From Rhodospirillaceae bacterium (GTDB lineage: Bacteria; Pseudomonadota; Alphaproteobacteria; Rhodospirillales; UBA2165): 64,000 bases of DNA. Where the stretch lies: contig CANIGJ010000003.1 in assembly GCA_947467145.1 (NCBI GenBank), positions 8,128 through 72,127 on the forward strand, read 5' to 3'. The notes below the pieces were generated by a model that saw nothing but the letters and a program-made list of their open reading frames with translations, was not told the DNA's origin and did no database searches. Below, piece by piece: positions 45,946 through 53,732 of the stretch. The position numbers were made by a program, and so were the translations under genes. Every line of letters starts with the position of its first letter. The stretch's first letter is position 1.

Positions 45946-46770
45946 ATGGCCATCAAAGATATCCTCGTGCATGTCGATACCCAACCTGGGTCCGAAGACC
46001 GGATCGCCTTTGCGGCAAGCCTTGCCAAAAAGACCAAAGCGCATCTGACGGGACTGCATGTGAAGGCCGATGTGGTCATTCCGGTCACCGAGAACGACGT
46101 GATCGTGCCGGAATCCTTGATCGAGGATCAGGAGCGCGTCATCGAATTGCAGGCCCAGGCGGCGAAGAACCAGTTCGACGGCGCTGTCAGCGCCAACGAG
46201 ATCAAGGGCGAATGGCGCACGGCGCACGGCCTTGCCGCCGATGTGCTGCGTCATCATGCGCATGCGACCGATCTCATCATCGTTGGCCAGCAGCATCCGG
46301 ACGCCACGGACGCTCAGGACGTTCCCGAAGGCGTGTTGCAGGATACCGGCTGTCCGACCCTGATCGTGCCTTATGCCGGTGTCGGCCGGACCTTCGCGGA
46401 AAACGTGATGGTGGCGTGGGACGACAGCGCACCGGCGGCGCGTGCCGTGCATGATTCCCTGGCCTTGATCGGCAAGGCGAGCCGCGTCGAAATCGTGTCG
46501 ATTAGAGCTAAGGACGAGGCGTCCGACGGCGATCCATGCGCCGAGATCTGCGCGCATCTGCGGCGTCACGGCGTGAAGGCCGAAGGCACCACCTTGTACA
46601 AGAACGGTAGCAAGGTATCCGACATCCTGCTGGCGCACGCCGCCGACAATGGTTGCGACCTATTGGTGATGGGCAGCTACGGCCATTCGCGTTGGCGCGA
46701 ATTCATCTTCGGCGGCGTGACCGAGGATATGCTCGAGAAAACCATGATTCCGATTTTCACGTCGCACTAA
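45946..46770 (+). CDS. tandem universal stress protein (UspA family)
   Basis: Start ATG 45946 with GGAG 9 nt upstream. MAIKDILVHVD at the N-terminus, and a second domain ending DLLVMGSYGHSRWREFIFGGVT. Confidence 0.8.
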   Translation: MAIKDILVHVDTQPGSEDRIAFAASLAKKTKAHLTGLHVKADVVIPVTENDVIVPESLIEDQERVIELQAQAAKNQFDGAVSANEIKGEWRTAHGLAADVLRHHAHATDLIIVGQQHPDATDAQDVPEGVLQDTGCPTLIVPYAGVGRTFAENVMVAWDDSAPAARAVHDSLALIGKASRVEIVSIRAKDEASDGDPCAEICAHLRRHGVKAEGTTLYKNGSKVSDILLAHAADNGCDLLVMGSYGHSRWREFIFGGVTEDMLEKTMIPIFTSH

Positions 46771-46844
46771 AGTTTACGGCCCGCTCAACGAGAAAGGGCG
46801 AGCACATCGTGCTCGCCCTTTTTTCTTGTTCGTCGCTGCAGAAC

Positions 46845-48032
46845 TTAGTCGCGTTCGATGCACATGGCGATACCCATGCCGCCGCCGATGCACAAGGTGG
46901 CCAAGCCCTTCTTCGCATCGCGTTTGCCCATCTCGTAAAGCAACGTGGTGAGGATGCGGGCACCCGATGCGCCGATGGGATGGCCGAGCGCGATCGCGCC
47001 GCCATTGACGTTGACGCGTTCGTCCTTGAAGCCGAGATCTTTGGACACCGCGCAGGCCTGCGCGGCGAAGGCTTCGTTGGCTTCGATGAGGTCGAGCTGA
47101 TCGGCCGTCCAGCCGGCTTTCTTCAGCGCGGATTTTGACGCCGGGATCGGGCCGACGCCCATGATCTTCGGATCCAATCCTTCGGTCGCCCAGGACGCGA
47201 TGCGGCCGAGCGGTTTGATGCCGCGCTGTGCGGCTTCTTCCGCGCTCATCAGCACCAGCGCCGCGGCGCCGTCATTGATGCCCGATGCATTGCCTGCCGT
47301 CACGGTGCCTTCCTTGTTGAAGGCGGGGCGCAGCTTGGCCAGACCTTCAACGGTCGTGTCGGGCTTCGGATATTCGTCGGCATCGACAACGATGTCGCCT
47401 TTGCGCGACTTCACCGTCACCGCGACGATCTCGTCCTTGAATTTGCCGGCTTTTTGCGCGGCGCCGGCTTTTTGCTGTGATGCGGCGGCGAAGGCGTCCT
47501 GCGCATCGCGGCTGATCTGATATTGCTGGGCCACGTTCTCGGCCGTCACACCCATGTGGTAGCCGTTGAACACGTCCCACAAGCCGTCATTGATCAAGGT
47601 GTCGATCAGTTCGGCATTGCCCATCTTGGTGCCGTTGCGCAGATGCATGCAGTGCGGCGAGTTGCTCATGCTTTCCTGGCCGCCCGCGACCATGATCTTG
47701 GCGTCGCCGACCATAATCGCCTGGGCGGCGAGTGCGACCGTGCGCAGACCCGAGCCGCAGACCTGATTGATGACGAAGGCGGTGCGTTCCTGCGGGATGC
47801 CGGCCGCCATGGCGGTCTGACGTGCCGGGTTCATGCCGTTGCCGGCCGTGAGTACCTGGCCGAGGATCACCTCGTTCACGTCGCTAGGGCTGATGCCGGC
47901 GCGCTTCATTGCCTCGACGACGGCGATGGTGCCGAGCTCGTGCGCCTTCAAAGATGCGAAGGCGCCGTTGAACGCGCCGATGGGCGTGCGTGCGGCGCTG
48001 GCGATCACGATGTCGGTGGAACGTCCTGCCAT
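46845..48032 (-). CDS. phaA: acetyl-CoA acetyltransferase (beta-ketothiolase)
   Basis: 395 aa with [10 protein letters not shown] (active Cys), [15 protein letters not shown] and CIGGGMG. Confidence 0.9.
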   Translation of the reverse strand: MAGRSTDIVIASAARTPIGAFNGAFASLKAHELGTIAVVEAMKRAGISPSDVNEVILGQVLTAGNGMNPARQTAMAAGIPQERTAFVINQVCGSGLRTVALAAQAIMVGDAKIMVAGGQESMSNSPHCMHLRNGTKMGNAELIDTLINDGLWDVFNGYHMGVTAENVAQQYQISRDAQDAFAAASQQKAGAAQKAGKFKDEIVAVTVKSRKGDIVVDADEYPKPDTTVEGLAKLRPAFNKEGTVTAGNASGINDGAAALVLMSAEEAAQRGIKPLGRIASWATEGLDPKIMGVGPIPASKSALKKAGWTADQLDLIEANEAFAAQACAVSKDLGFKDERVNVNGGAIALGHPIGASGARILTTLLYEMGKRDAKKGLATLCIGGGMGIAMCIERD

Positions 48033-48078
48033 GGGTTTATTCTCCAGTGAAAATAAGGTGCGGCGTACGGCCGATTTT

Positions 48079-48516
48079 TCAGAGCGCTTTTTTTGCGCGC
48101 GGCGCCATCAGGATGGCGGTGCCGTCGAGCACGATCTTGCCGTTGACGCGACAGGTCGTGGCGAATTCAACAAAGCCTTTGTCGGGCATGAGTTTGGTGG
48201 CGACGACGAGCGCGGTCACTTCCGATCCGACCGGCACAGGCGCTTTGAATTTCAGATTCTGTTCGATATAGACCCAGCCGGGCCCCGGGAAGACCGAGCC
48301 TAGTGCGGCCGAGATCATGCTCGCCGTGTGCATGCCGTGCGCGATGCGTCCGCCGAAGATGGTCGTCTTTGCGTAAGCTTCGTCGATATGGATCGGATTG
48401 TGATCGCCCGAGACGTCGGCAAAGGTCCGCACGTTGCTGTCGCTGAGGACTTTCGCAAACTCGCCGCTCATGCCTTCGGCGATATCGTCGAAGGTTCTGA
48501 TTTTGATGTCGTTCAA
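48079..48516 (-). CDS. phaJ: MaoC-like (R)-specific enoyl-CoA hydratase
   Basis: 145 aa, hot-dog fold, with hydratase motif [14 protein letters not shown]. It lies between phaR and phaA. Confidence 0.7.
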   Translation of the reverse strand: MNDIKIRTFDDIAEGMSGEFAKVLSDSNVRTFADVSGDHNPIHIDEAYAKTTIFGGRIAHGMHTASMISAALGSVFPGPGWVYIEQNLKFKAPVPVGSEVTALVVATKLMPDKGFVEFATTCRVNGKIVLDGTAILMAPRAKKAL

Positions 48517-48527
48517 ACCAAGCGGCC

Positions 48528-49136
48528 TTATGGAGTCTCGCGTCCGATGGCATCGAGCCGCTTCTGCAGCAGTTCGAGCTGGCGTTTGAGATTGCGCACT
48601 TCGTCTTCGCTGGAATCCGTGGGCGCTGCCGCGGCAGGTGTGGCAGGCTTGGCGGCACCCGGTGCGGCGCCCGCGTTCTGAGCGGCGAACATGTTGAAGC
48701 TTTGCTGGAACATCTCCATGTTGCGGCGGCCGACCTCGGCCCAGTTTTCCATCGCGTCGCCACCACCGAACACGCGGGCCATCTGGGCGATCATCTGCTG
48801 CTGGTTGGCGGTGAAGGTGTCGAGCGACGTCTCGAGATAGGCCGACAATTGCGGGCCGATGCCTTCGTTGTAGAGCTTTAGCACTTGGCGCAAATAATTC
48901 GGGGGCAACATATTGTGCCCCTTGTTTTCCTCGTCCGCGATGATCTGCGCTAGCACCGAGCAGGTGATGTCGGAGCTCGATTGTGCGTCGATCACCGTGA
49001 AACGGGTGCCGTTTTTGACCATCTCATGGAGGTTGTCCAGGGTCACGAAACTGGCCGTCGAGGTGTTGTACAGCCGCCGATTGGCGTACTTTTTGATGAT
49101 GATCGGCTTGTCGTCGTCCGCCGGTTTTTCGGCCAC
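48528..49136 (-). CDS. phaR: polyhydroxyalkanoate synthesis repressor PhaR
   Basis: PIIIKKYANRRLYNTSTASFVTLDNLHEMV is the hallmark N-terminus. Start set to GTG 49136, with GGGAG 7 nt upstream. The track ATG 49235 lies inside an operator-like palindrome. Confidence 0.85.
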   Translation of the reverse strand: MAEKPADDDKPIIIKKYANRRLYNTSTASFVTLDNLHEMVKNGTRFTVIDAQSSSDITCSVLAQIIADEENKGHNMLPPNYLRQVLKLYNEGIGPQLSAYLETSLDTFTANQQQMIAQMARVFGGGDAMENWAEVGRRNMEMFQQSFNMFAAQNAGAAPGAAKPATPAAAAPTDSSEDEVRNLKRQLELLQKRLDAIGRETP

Positions 49137-49210
49137 GCGCGTGCTCCCGCCTAGTGGGTACCTAGCCTCTGAGGGCCGGTTCTGAGGAACTGTCGCATAA
49201 GCGACGGGGC

Positions 49211-49335
49211 TTTTGTAGCGCAAAATATTTTGCATCGCAAAAGAAACCCTCTTGACGCCGCCTAGGGCCTTATCCTATATATTTTTGCAGTGCAAAATAA
49301 ACGCGGTTCTGGACAGTAGGTTCGCAATCGCAAAA
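49211..49335. promoter_or_regulatory. array of TTTTGC-N3-GCAAAA palindromes (candidate PhaR operators)
   Basis: TTTTGTAGCGCAAAA (49211-49225), TTTTGCATCGCAAAA (49228-49242) and TTTTGCAGTGCAAAA (49283-49297), plus the half-site ATCGCAAAA (49327-49335). Confidence 0.6.
49252..49281 (+). promoter_or_regulatory. sigma70-like promoter candidate for phaP
   Basis: TTGACG (49252-49257), 17-18 nt, CTATATA (49275-49281). The third palindrome starts 2 nt downstream of the -10 element. Confidence 0.45.
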
Positions 49336-49376
49336 CGTTCCCTGTTGAACTCGCCCGCTTATTAGGAGCGCCTGTG

Positions 49377-49898
49377 ATGAATGCCACGAAACCCAAAGAC
49401 AAGGCTGTAGGCCTGGACGCCGTCGAAGCCATGGCGGCCGTCGGCAAGGAAACCTTCGAATCCGTGATGAGCATGAGCACCAAAGCCGCCTCGGACGGCT
49501 ACAAGAGCGCCACGGCGTTCAGTAAGGACCAGCTCGACTCCGCCAAGGCCGGCTACGACAAGGCCGCCGCGTTCGGCAAAGGCAACTTCGAGGCCGTCTC
49601 GGTCGCCTCGACTGCCGCTCTGTCGGGCGTCGAAGCCTATTACGAGGAAGTTGTCGATTACGCCAAGACGACGACCGCCCAGAACGTCGAACTCATGCAG
49701 AAGTTCTTCGCCGTGAAGACCCCGCAAGAATTCTTCGATATCCAATCGGAAGCGATGAACCTGATGGTCAGCCGTTCGATCAGCCAGACCACCAAGCTGT
49801 CGAAGATGGCCGGCGACACCATGACCAAATTCGTCACGCCGCTGAAGGCCCGGGCCGAAGGCAACATCGATTCCTATGTGAAGCCGTTCATGGGCTAA
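49377..49898 (+). CDS. phaP: phasin family protein
   Basis: About 173 aa, Ala/Lys/Glu-rich helical protein with phasin_2-like text (TPQEFFDIQSEAMN). AGGAG lies 8 nt before ATG 49377. Sits next to phaR. Confidence 0.75.
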   Translation: MNATKPKDKAVGLDAVEAMAAVGKETFESVMSMSTKAASDGYKSATAFSKDQLDSAKAGYDKAAAFGKGNFEAVSVASTAALSGVEAYYEEVVDYAKTTTAQNVELMQKFFAVKTPQEFFDIQSEAMNLMVSRSISQTTKLSKMAGDTMTKFVTPLKARAEGNIDSYVKPFMG

Positions 49899-50068
49899 CG
49901 CCTCCCGGCTGAGACCAAATTCCTCCCTGTTACCGACTGGGCCGAATGAAGGATGAAACCTTTGTTCGGCCCATCTGTTTTTCCGGATAAATCATGCTAA
50001 GACGTTGGGTCAGGACGTAACATCGCCCTAATCCACTTGTGGGCCAATTCACTGGGAGAGAGAAAAAC

Positions 50069-50791
50069 ATGAGCCGCGTTGCAATCGTCACCGGAGGAAC
50101 CCGCGGCATTGGCGCCGCCACCAGCACGACCTTGCGCGATGCGGGATATAAGGTCGCCGCCAATTATGTTGGCAACGATGAGCGCGCCCAGGCCTTCAAG
50201 GCCGCCACCGGCATCGCCGTCTATAAGTGGGATGTCGCCAACTTCGATGCTTGCGCCGCCGCCGTCGCGCAGATCGAAAAGGATTTGGGTGCGGTCGATG
50301 TCGTCGTGAACAACGCCGGTATCACGCGCGACGCCACCCTGCACCGCATGTCGTTCGACGATTGGAAGGCTGTCATCGATACCAATCTCGGCTCGTGCTT
50401 CAATATGAGCCGCGCAGTTTTTCCCGGCATGCGTGAGCGCAAGTTCGGCCGTATCGTCAATGTCGGCTCGATCAACGGTCAGGCCGGCCAATACGGCCAG
50501 GTGAATTACGCCGCCGCCAAATCGGGCATCCACGGCTTCACCAAGGCGTTGGCGCAGGAGGGTGCGGCGCACGGCGTGACCGTCAATGCCATCGCGCCCG
50601 GCTATATCAACACCGACATGGTGGCCGCCGTGCCCGAGCGCGTGTTGGAGAAAATCATCGAACGCATCCCCGTCGGCCGCCTCGGCACCGCCGCCGAGAT
50701 CGCGCGCGCCATCCTGTTCCTCGTCGCCGACGATGCCGGTTTCATCACCGGCTCGACGTTGTCGGTCAACGGCGGCCAGCATATGTATTGA
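50069..50791 (+). CDS. phaB: acetoacetyl-CoA reductase
   Basis: Start ATG 50069 (MSRVAIVTGGTRGIG). SDR YAAAK catalytic motif. The C-terminus ITGSTLSVNGGQHM is typical of PhaB. Confidence 0.9.
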   Translation: MSRVAIVTGGTRGIGAATSTTLRDAGYKVAANYVGNDERAQAFKAATGIAVYKWDVANFDACAAAVAQIEKDLGAVDVVVNNAGITRDATLHRMSFDDWKAVIDTNLGSCFNMSRAVFPGMRERKFGRIVNVGSINGQAGQYGQVNYAAAKSGIHGFTKALAQEGAAHGVTVNAIAPGYINTDMVAAVPERVLEKIIERIPVGRLGTAAEIARAILFLVADDAGFITGSTLSVNGGQHMY

Positions 50792-50816
50792 GTTATAAGG
50801 GTCGATAGAAACACTC

Positions 50817-52601
50817 ATGGCCGACCAATCCAGCGACACGCCGGACGCGAACGATCCTTTTGCCGCCTTCACCGGCGAAATGGGCAAGCTCGCCGCCGGC
50901 TATCAGCAGACGATGGCGCAGTGGATGAATGCCTGGGGCAGCGCCGCCGCCAAGCCCGAGGGCAGCAATGAGCTGCCTGAGATGCCGCATCTCGATACGC
51001 AGAAGATCCTCGAAAATCAGATGCAATTGATGAACGATTATCAGGCGCTGTGGATGTCGACGACGCAACGCCTGATCAATCGTGCGCAGGCTGAAGAGGC
51101 ATCGGCGGATCCGGTGGTGAAGCCGGAACCAGGCGACAATCGCTTTCGCGATGCAGCATGGTCGCAGGATCCGATCTTCGATTTCATCAAGCAGTCGTAC
51201 CTATTGAACTCGCGCTGGATGAAGAACGTGCTGCACGATGTCGACGGGCTCGACGACGATGCGGCACGCAAGCTCGATTTCTACGGCCGCACCATTGTCG
51301 ATGCGCTGTCGCCGACCAATTTCCCGATGACCAATCCGGTCGTGCTGCGCGAAACCGCCGAAACCAAGGGCGAGAATCTCCGCAAGGGCTTTGCGCACCT
51401 GATGGAAGATTTGAAGGACGGCTCCAACGGCCTGCGGCCGCGCCAGACCGACATGAATGCGTTCGAGGTCGGTAAAAACGTCGCGGTTTCGGACGGCGCC
51501 GTGGTCTTCGAAAATCCGTTCTTCCAGCTGCTGCAATACGCGCCGAGCACGCCGAGCGTGCATAAGAAGCCGCTGCTGATCATCCCGCCGTGGATCAACA
51601 AGTTCTACATCCTCGATCTCAAGCCGGAGAATTCCTTCATCCGCTGGGCGGTCGGCCAAGGCTATACCGTGTTCGTGATGTCGTGGGTCAATCCCGACGA
51701 ACGCTATAGCGAATTCACCTTCGTCGATTACATGAAGGACGGCATCTTCGCCGCCCTCGGCGCGGTGGAAAAAGCTACCGGCGAACGTCAGGTCACCGCG
51801 ATCGGTTATTGCATCGGTGGCACGTTACTGGCGATGGCTTTGGCCTACATGGCGGAAAAGGGCGACGACCGCATCACGGCCGCGACCTTTTTTGCCGCGC
51901 AGGTCGATTTCGCCGATGCCGGGGATCTCAAGGTGTTCACCGATGGCGGCCTCGTGCAGTCGATGGAAAGCCAGATCAAATCGAAGGGCTATCTCGACGG
52001 CGCGTCGATGGCCGCGACCTTCAATCTGCTCAGGCCCAATGATCTCATCTGGTCGTTCGTGGTGAACAATTATTTGCTGGGCAAGGAGCCGCCGGTTTTC
52101 GATCTGCTCTACTGGAATTCGGATTCGACGCGCTTCCCGGCGAAGCTGTGGGTCGATTACATCCGCTGCCTCTATAATGAGAACAGGTTGGTCGAGCCGG
52201 GTGGCATGGTGATCGATGGCGTGCCCATCGATCTCACCAAGATCACCATCCCGGTCTATATTCAGGCGTCGAAGGAAGATCACATCGCGCCGTCGAAATC
52301 GGTCTTCAAGGCGATGCGCCTGTTCAACGGGCCGAAGCGCTTCGTCATGGCGGGCTCGGGTCATATCGCGGGCGTGATCAATCCGCCCGACAAAAAGAAG
52401 TATCAATATTGGACCAACCCGATGCAGGCATCCTACGGCGATGTCGAAGCATGGTTCGCCCATGCCGAAGAGCATCCGGGATCGTGGTGGCCAGACTGGA
52501 ACGAGTGGCTCGGCAAATTGTCGGGCGAGGATGTGCCGGCGCGCACCATCGGATCGCAGATCGAACCCGCACCGGGATCCTATGTGAAGGTTAAGGGCTA
52601 A
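50817..52601 (+). CDS. phaC: class I poly(R)-hydroxyalkanoate synthase
   Basis: 594 aa with PPWINKFYILDL, lipase-box GYCIGG and SGHIAG. Confidence 0.9.
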   Translation: MADQSSDTPDANDPFAAFTGEMGKLAAGYQQTMAQWMNAWGSAAAKPEGSNELPEMPHLDTQKILENQMQLMNDYQALWMSTTQRLINRAQAEEASADPVVKPEPGDNRFRDAAWSQDPIFDFIKQSYLLNSRWMKNVLHDVDGLDDDAARKLDFYGRTIVDALSPTNFPMTNPVVLRETAETKGENLRKGFAHLMEDLKDGSNGLRPRQTDMNAFEVGKNVAVSDGAVVFENPFFQLLQYAPSTPSVHKKPLLIIPPWINKFYILDLKPENSFIRWAVGQGYTVFVMSWVNPDERYSEFTFVDYMKDGIFAALGAVEKATGERQVTAIGYCIGGTLLAMALAYMAEKGDDRITAATFFAAQVDFADAGDLKVFTDGGLVQSMESQIKSKGYLDGASMAATFNLLRPNDLIWSFVVNNYLLGKEPPVFDLLYWNSDSTRFPAKLWVDYIRCLYNENRLVEPGGMVIDGVPIDLTKITIPVYIQASKEDHIAPSKSVFKAMRLFNGPKRFVMAGSGHIAGVINPPDKKKYQYWTNPMQASYGDVEAWFAHAEEHPGSWWPDWNEWLGKLSGEDVPARTIGSQIEPAPGSYVKVKG

Positions 52602-52624
52602 GTCAGGGCTGAGCGGAGAGTGTC

Positions 52625-52849
52625 ATGAAATTCTCGATCGACATCGATTGCACACCGGAAGAGGCGCGCAGCTTTTTCGGGCTCCCGAATGTGGAGATCC
52701 TGAATAAGGCCATCATGGATCAGGTCCAGACGCAGATGATGGATCAGATGAAGGCGATGGCGCCGGACGAGATCATGAAGGCCTGGATGCCCAACGGCGC
52801 CGCGTGGGACCAATTCCAGAAGATGTTCACCGGTTACGGCAGCAAATAA
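52625..52849 (+). CDS. small conserved-looking protein downstream of phaC (unknown function)
   Basis: 74 aa: MKFSIDIDCTPEEARSFFGLPNVEILNKAIMDQVQTQMMDQMKAMAPDEIMKAWMPNG... It starts 23 nt after the phaC stop on the same strand. Confidence 0.55.
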   Translation: MKFSIDIDCTPEEARSFFGLPNVEILNKAIMDQVQTQMMDQMKAMAPDEIMKAWMPNGAAWDQFQKMFTGYGSK

Positions 52850-52974
52850 GCCCCAACGACGCCTTTCGCGCCGTCATTCACAAATTTTAGCGTAACGCTC
52901 ACGCGTTCGTGAGAACGCCTACATTTCCGAAACCGCCGTTTCGCGGCGGAAATCGCACCCCTGTGACTTTTTTT

Positions 52975-53005
52975 GGCCCAAATCCATGATTTGGGCCTTT
53001 TGTTG
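52975..53005 (+). terminator. rho-independent terminator of the phaP-phaB-phaC unit
   Basis: GGCCCAAAT (52975-52983), CCATG, ATTTGGGCC (52989-52997), then TTTTGTTG. Confidence 0.6.
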
Positions 53006-53088
53006 TCACTTCCGTTCGGGTGCCCCCCTTGCGACCCTGAAGAGGTTAAAGGACGAAACTCCACGCCAAGAAAAGAAAGGAGACGATC

Positions 53089-53538
53089 ATGACCAGCAAA
53101 GTAACTTATCTCGCTGCTGCAGCGATCGCCCTCGCTCTTCCTGCCTCGGCGATTGCGCAGAGCAGCTCGCCCAGAATTCCCGGCACCGAGCCGGCGTTGC
53201 CCACCATCCAGGCCCCGTCGATGAACGACCGTGTGGCCCCAGGTGGTCTGCATAAATCCACCTTTGAATCGTCCGATCTGAAGGGTAAGGCCGTTTACGA
53301 TCAGGCCGGCAAGAAGGTCGGTTCGATCGACGATGTCGTGCCGACACAGGGTCAGCCGCGCGAAGCGATTGTCGCGGTCGGCGGCATTCTCGGCATCGGC
53401 ACGAAAAAAGTGCTGATCCCGGCCACCGATATTGAACGCAACGACGACGGTCGCTTGATCGTCGCGATGTCGGAAAACCAGTTGGAAAATTTGCCTGAAT
53501 TCGAACGTCCGCGCACGGCGTCACCGGGAGCGCGCTAA
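53089..53538 (+). CDS. secreted PRC-barrel domain protein
   Basis: 149 aa with a signal peptide ending ASAIAQ. PRC-barrel text: LKGKAVYDQAGKKVGSIDDVV...AIVAVGGILGIGTKKVLIP. Confidence 0.7.
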   Translation: MTSKVTYLAAAAIALALPASAIAQSSSPRIPGTEPALPTIQAPSMNDRVAPGGLHKSTFESSDLKGKAVYDQAGKKVGSIDDVVPTQGQPREAIVAVGGILGIGTKKVLIPATDIERNDDGRLIVAMSENQLENLPEFERPRTASPGAR

Positions 53539-53676
53539 CGCTTCGTATCTGAACCTCCCTGAGGGAGACGGCTCCCACGAGCTGTCTCCCCGCCCCAGAC
53601 GCCCAGGTTCCCCAAGCCTGGGCGTCACCCCATCTCGGATCGTCGGCGCGCCCCCCCCAGCCACGATCCCATAAAG

Positions 53677-53709
53677 AAGCCCGCTTCACCTCGTGAAGCG
53701 GGCTTTTTA
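53677..53709. terminator. bidirectional terminator hairpin
   Basis: AAGCCCGCTTCAC (53677-53689), CTC, GTGAAGCGGGCTT (53693-53705), then TTTAT. The minus-strand side is followed by TCTTTAT. Confidence 0.65.
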
Positions 53710-53732
53710 TCTTCGTGTGAGGACGATCAGAG

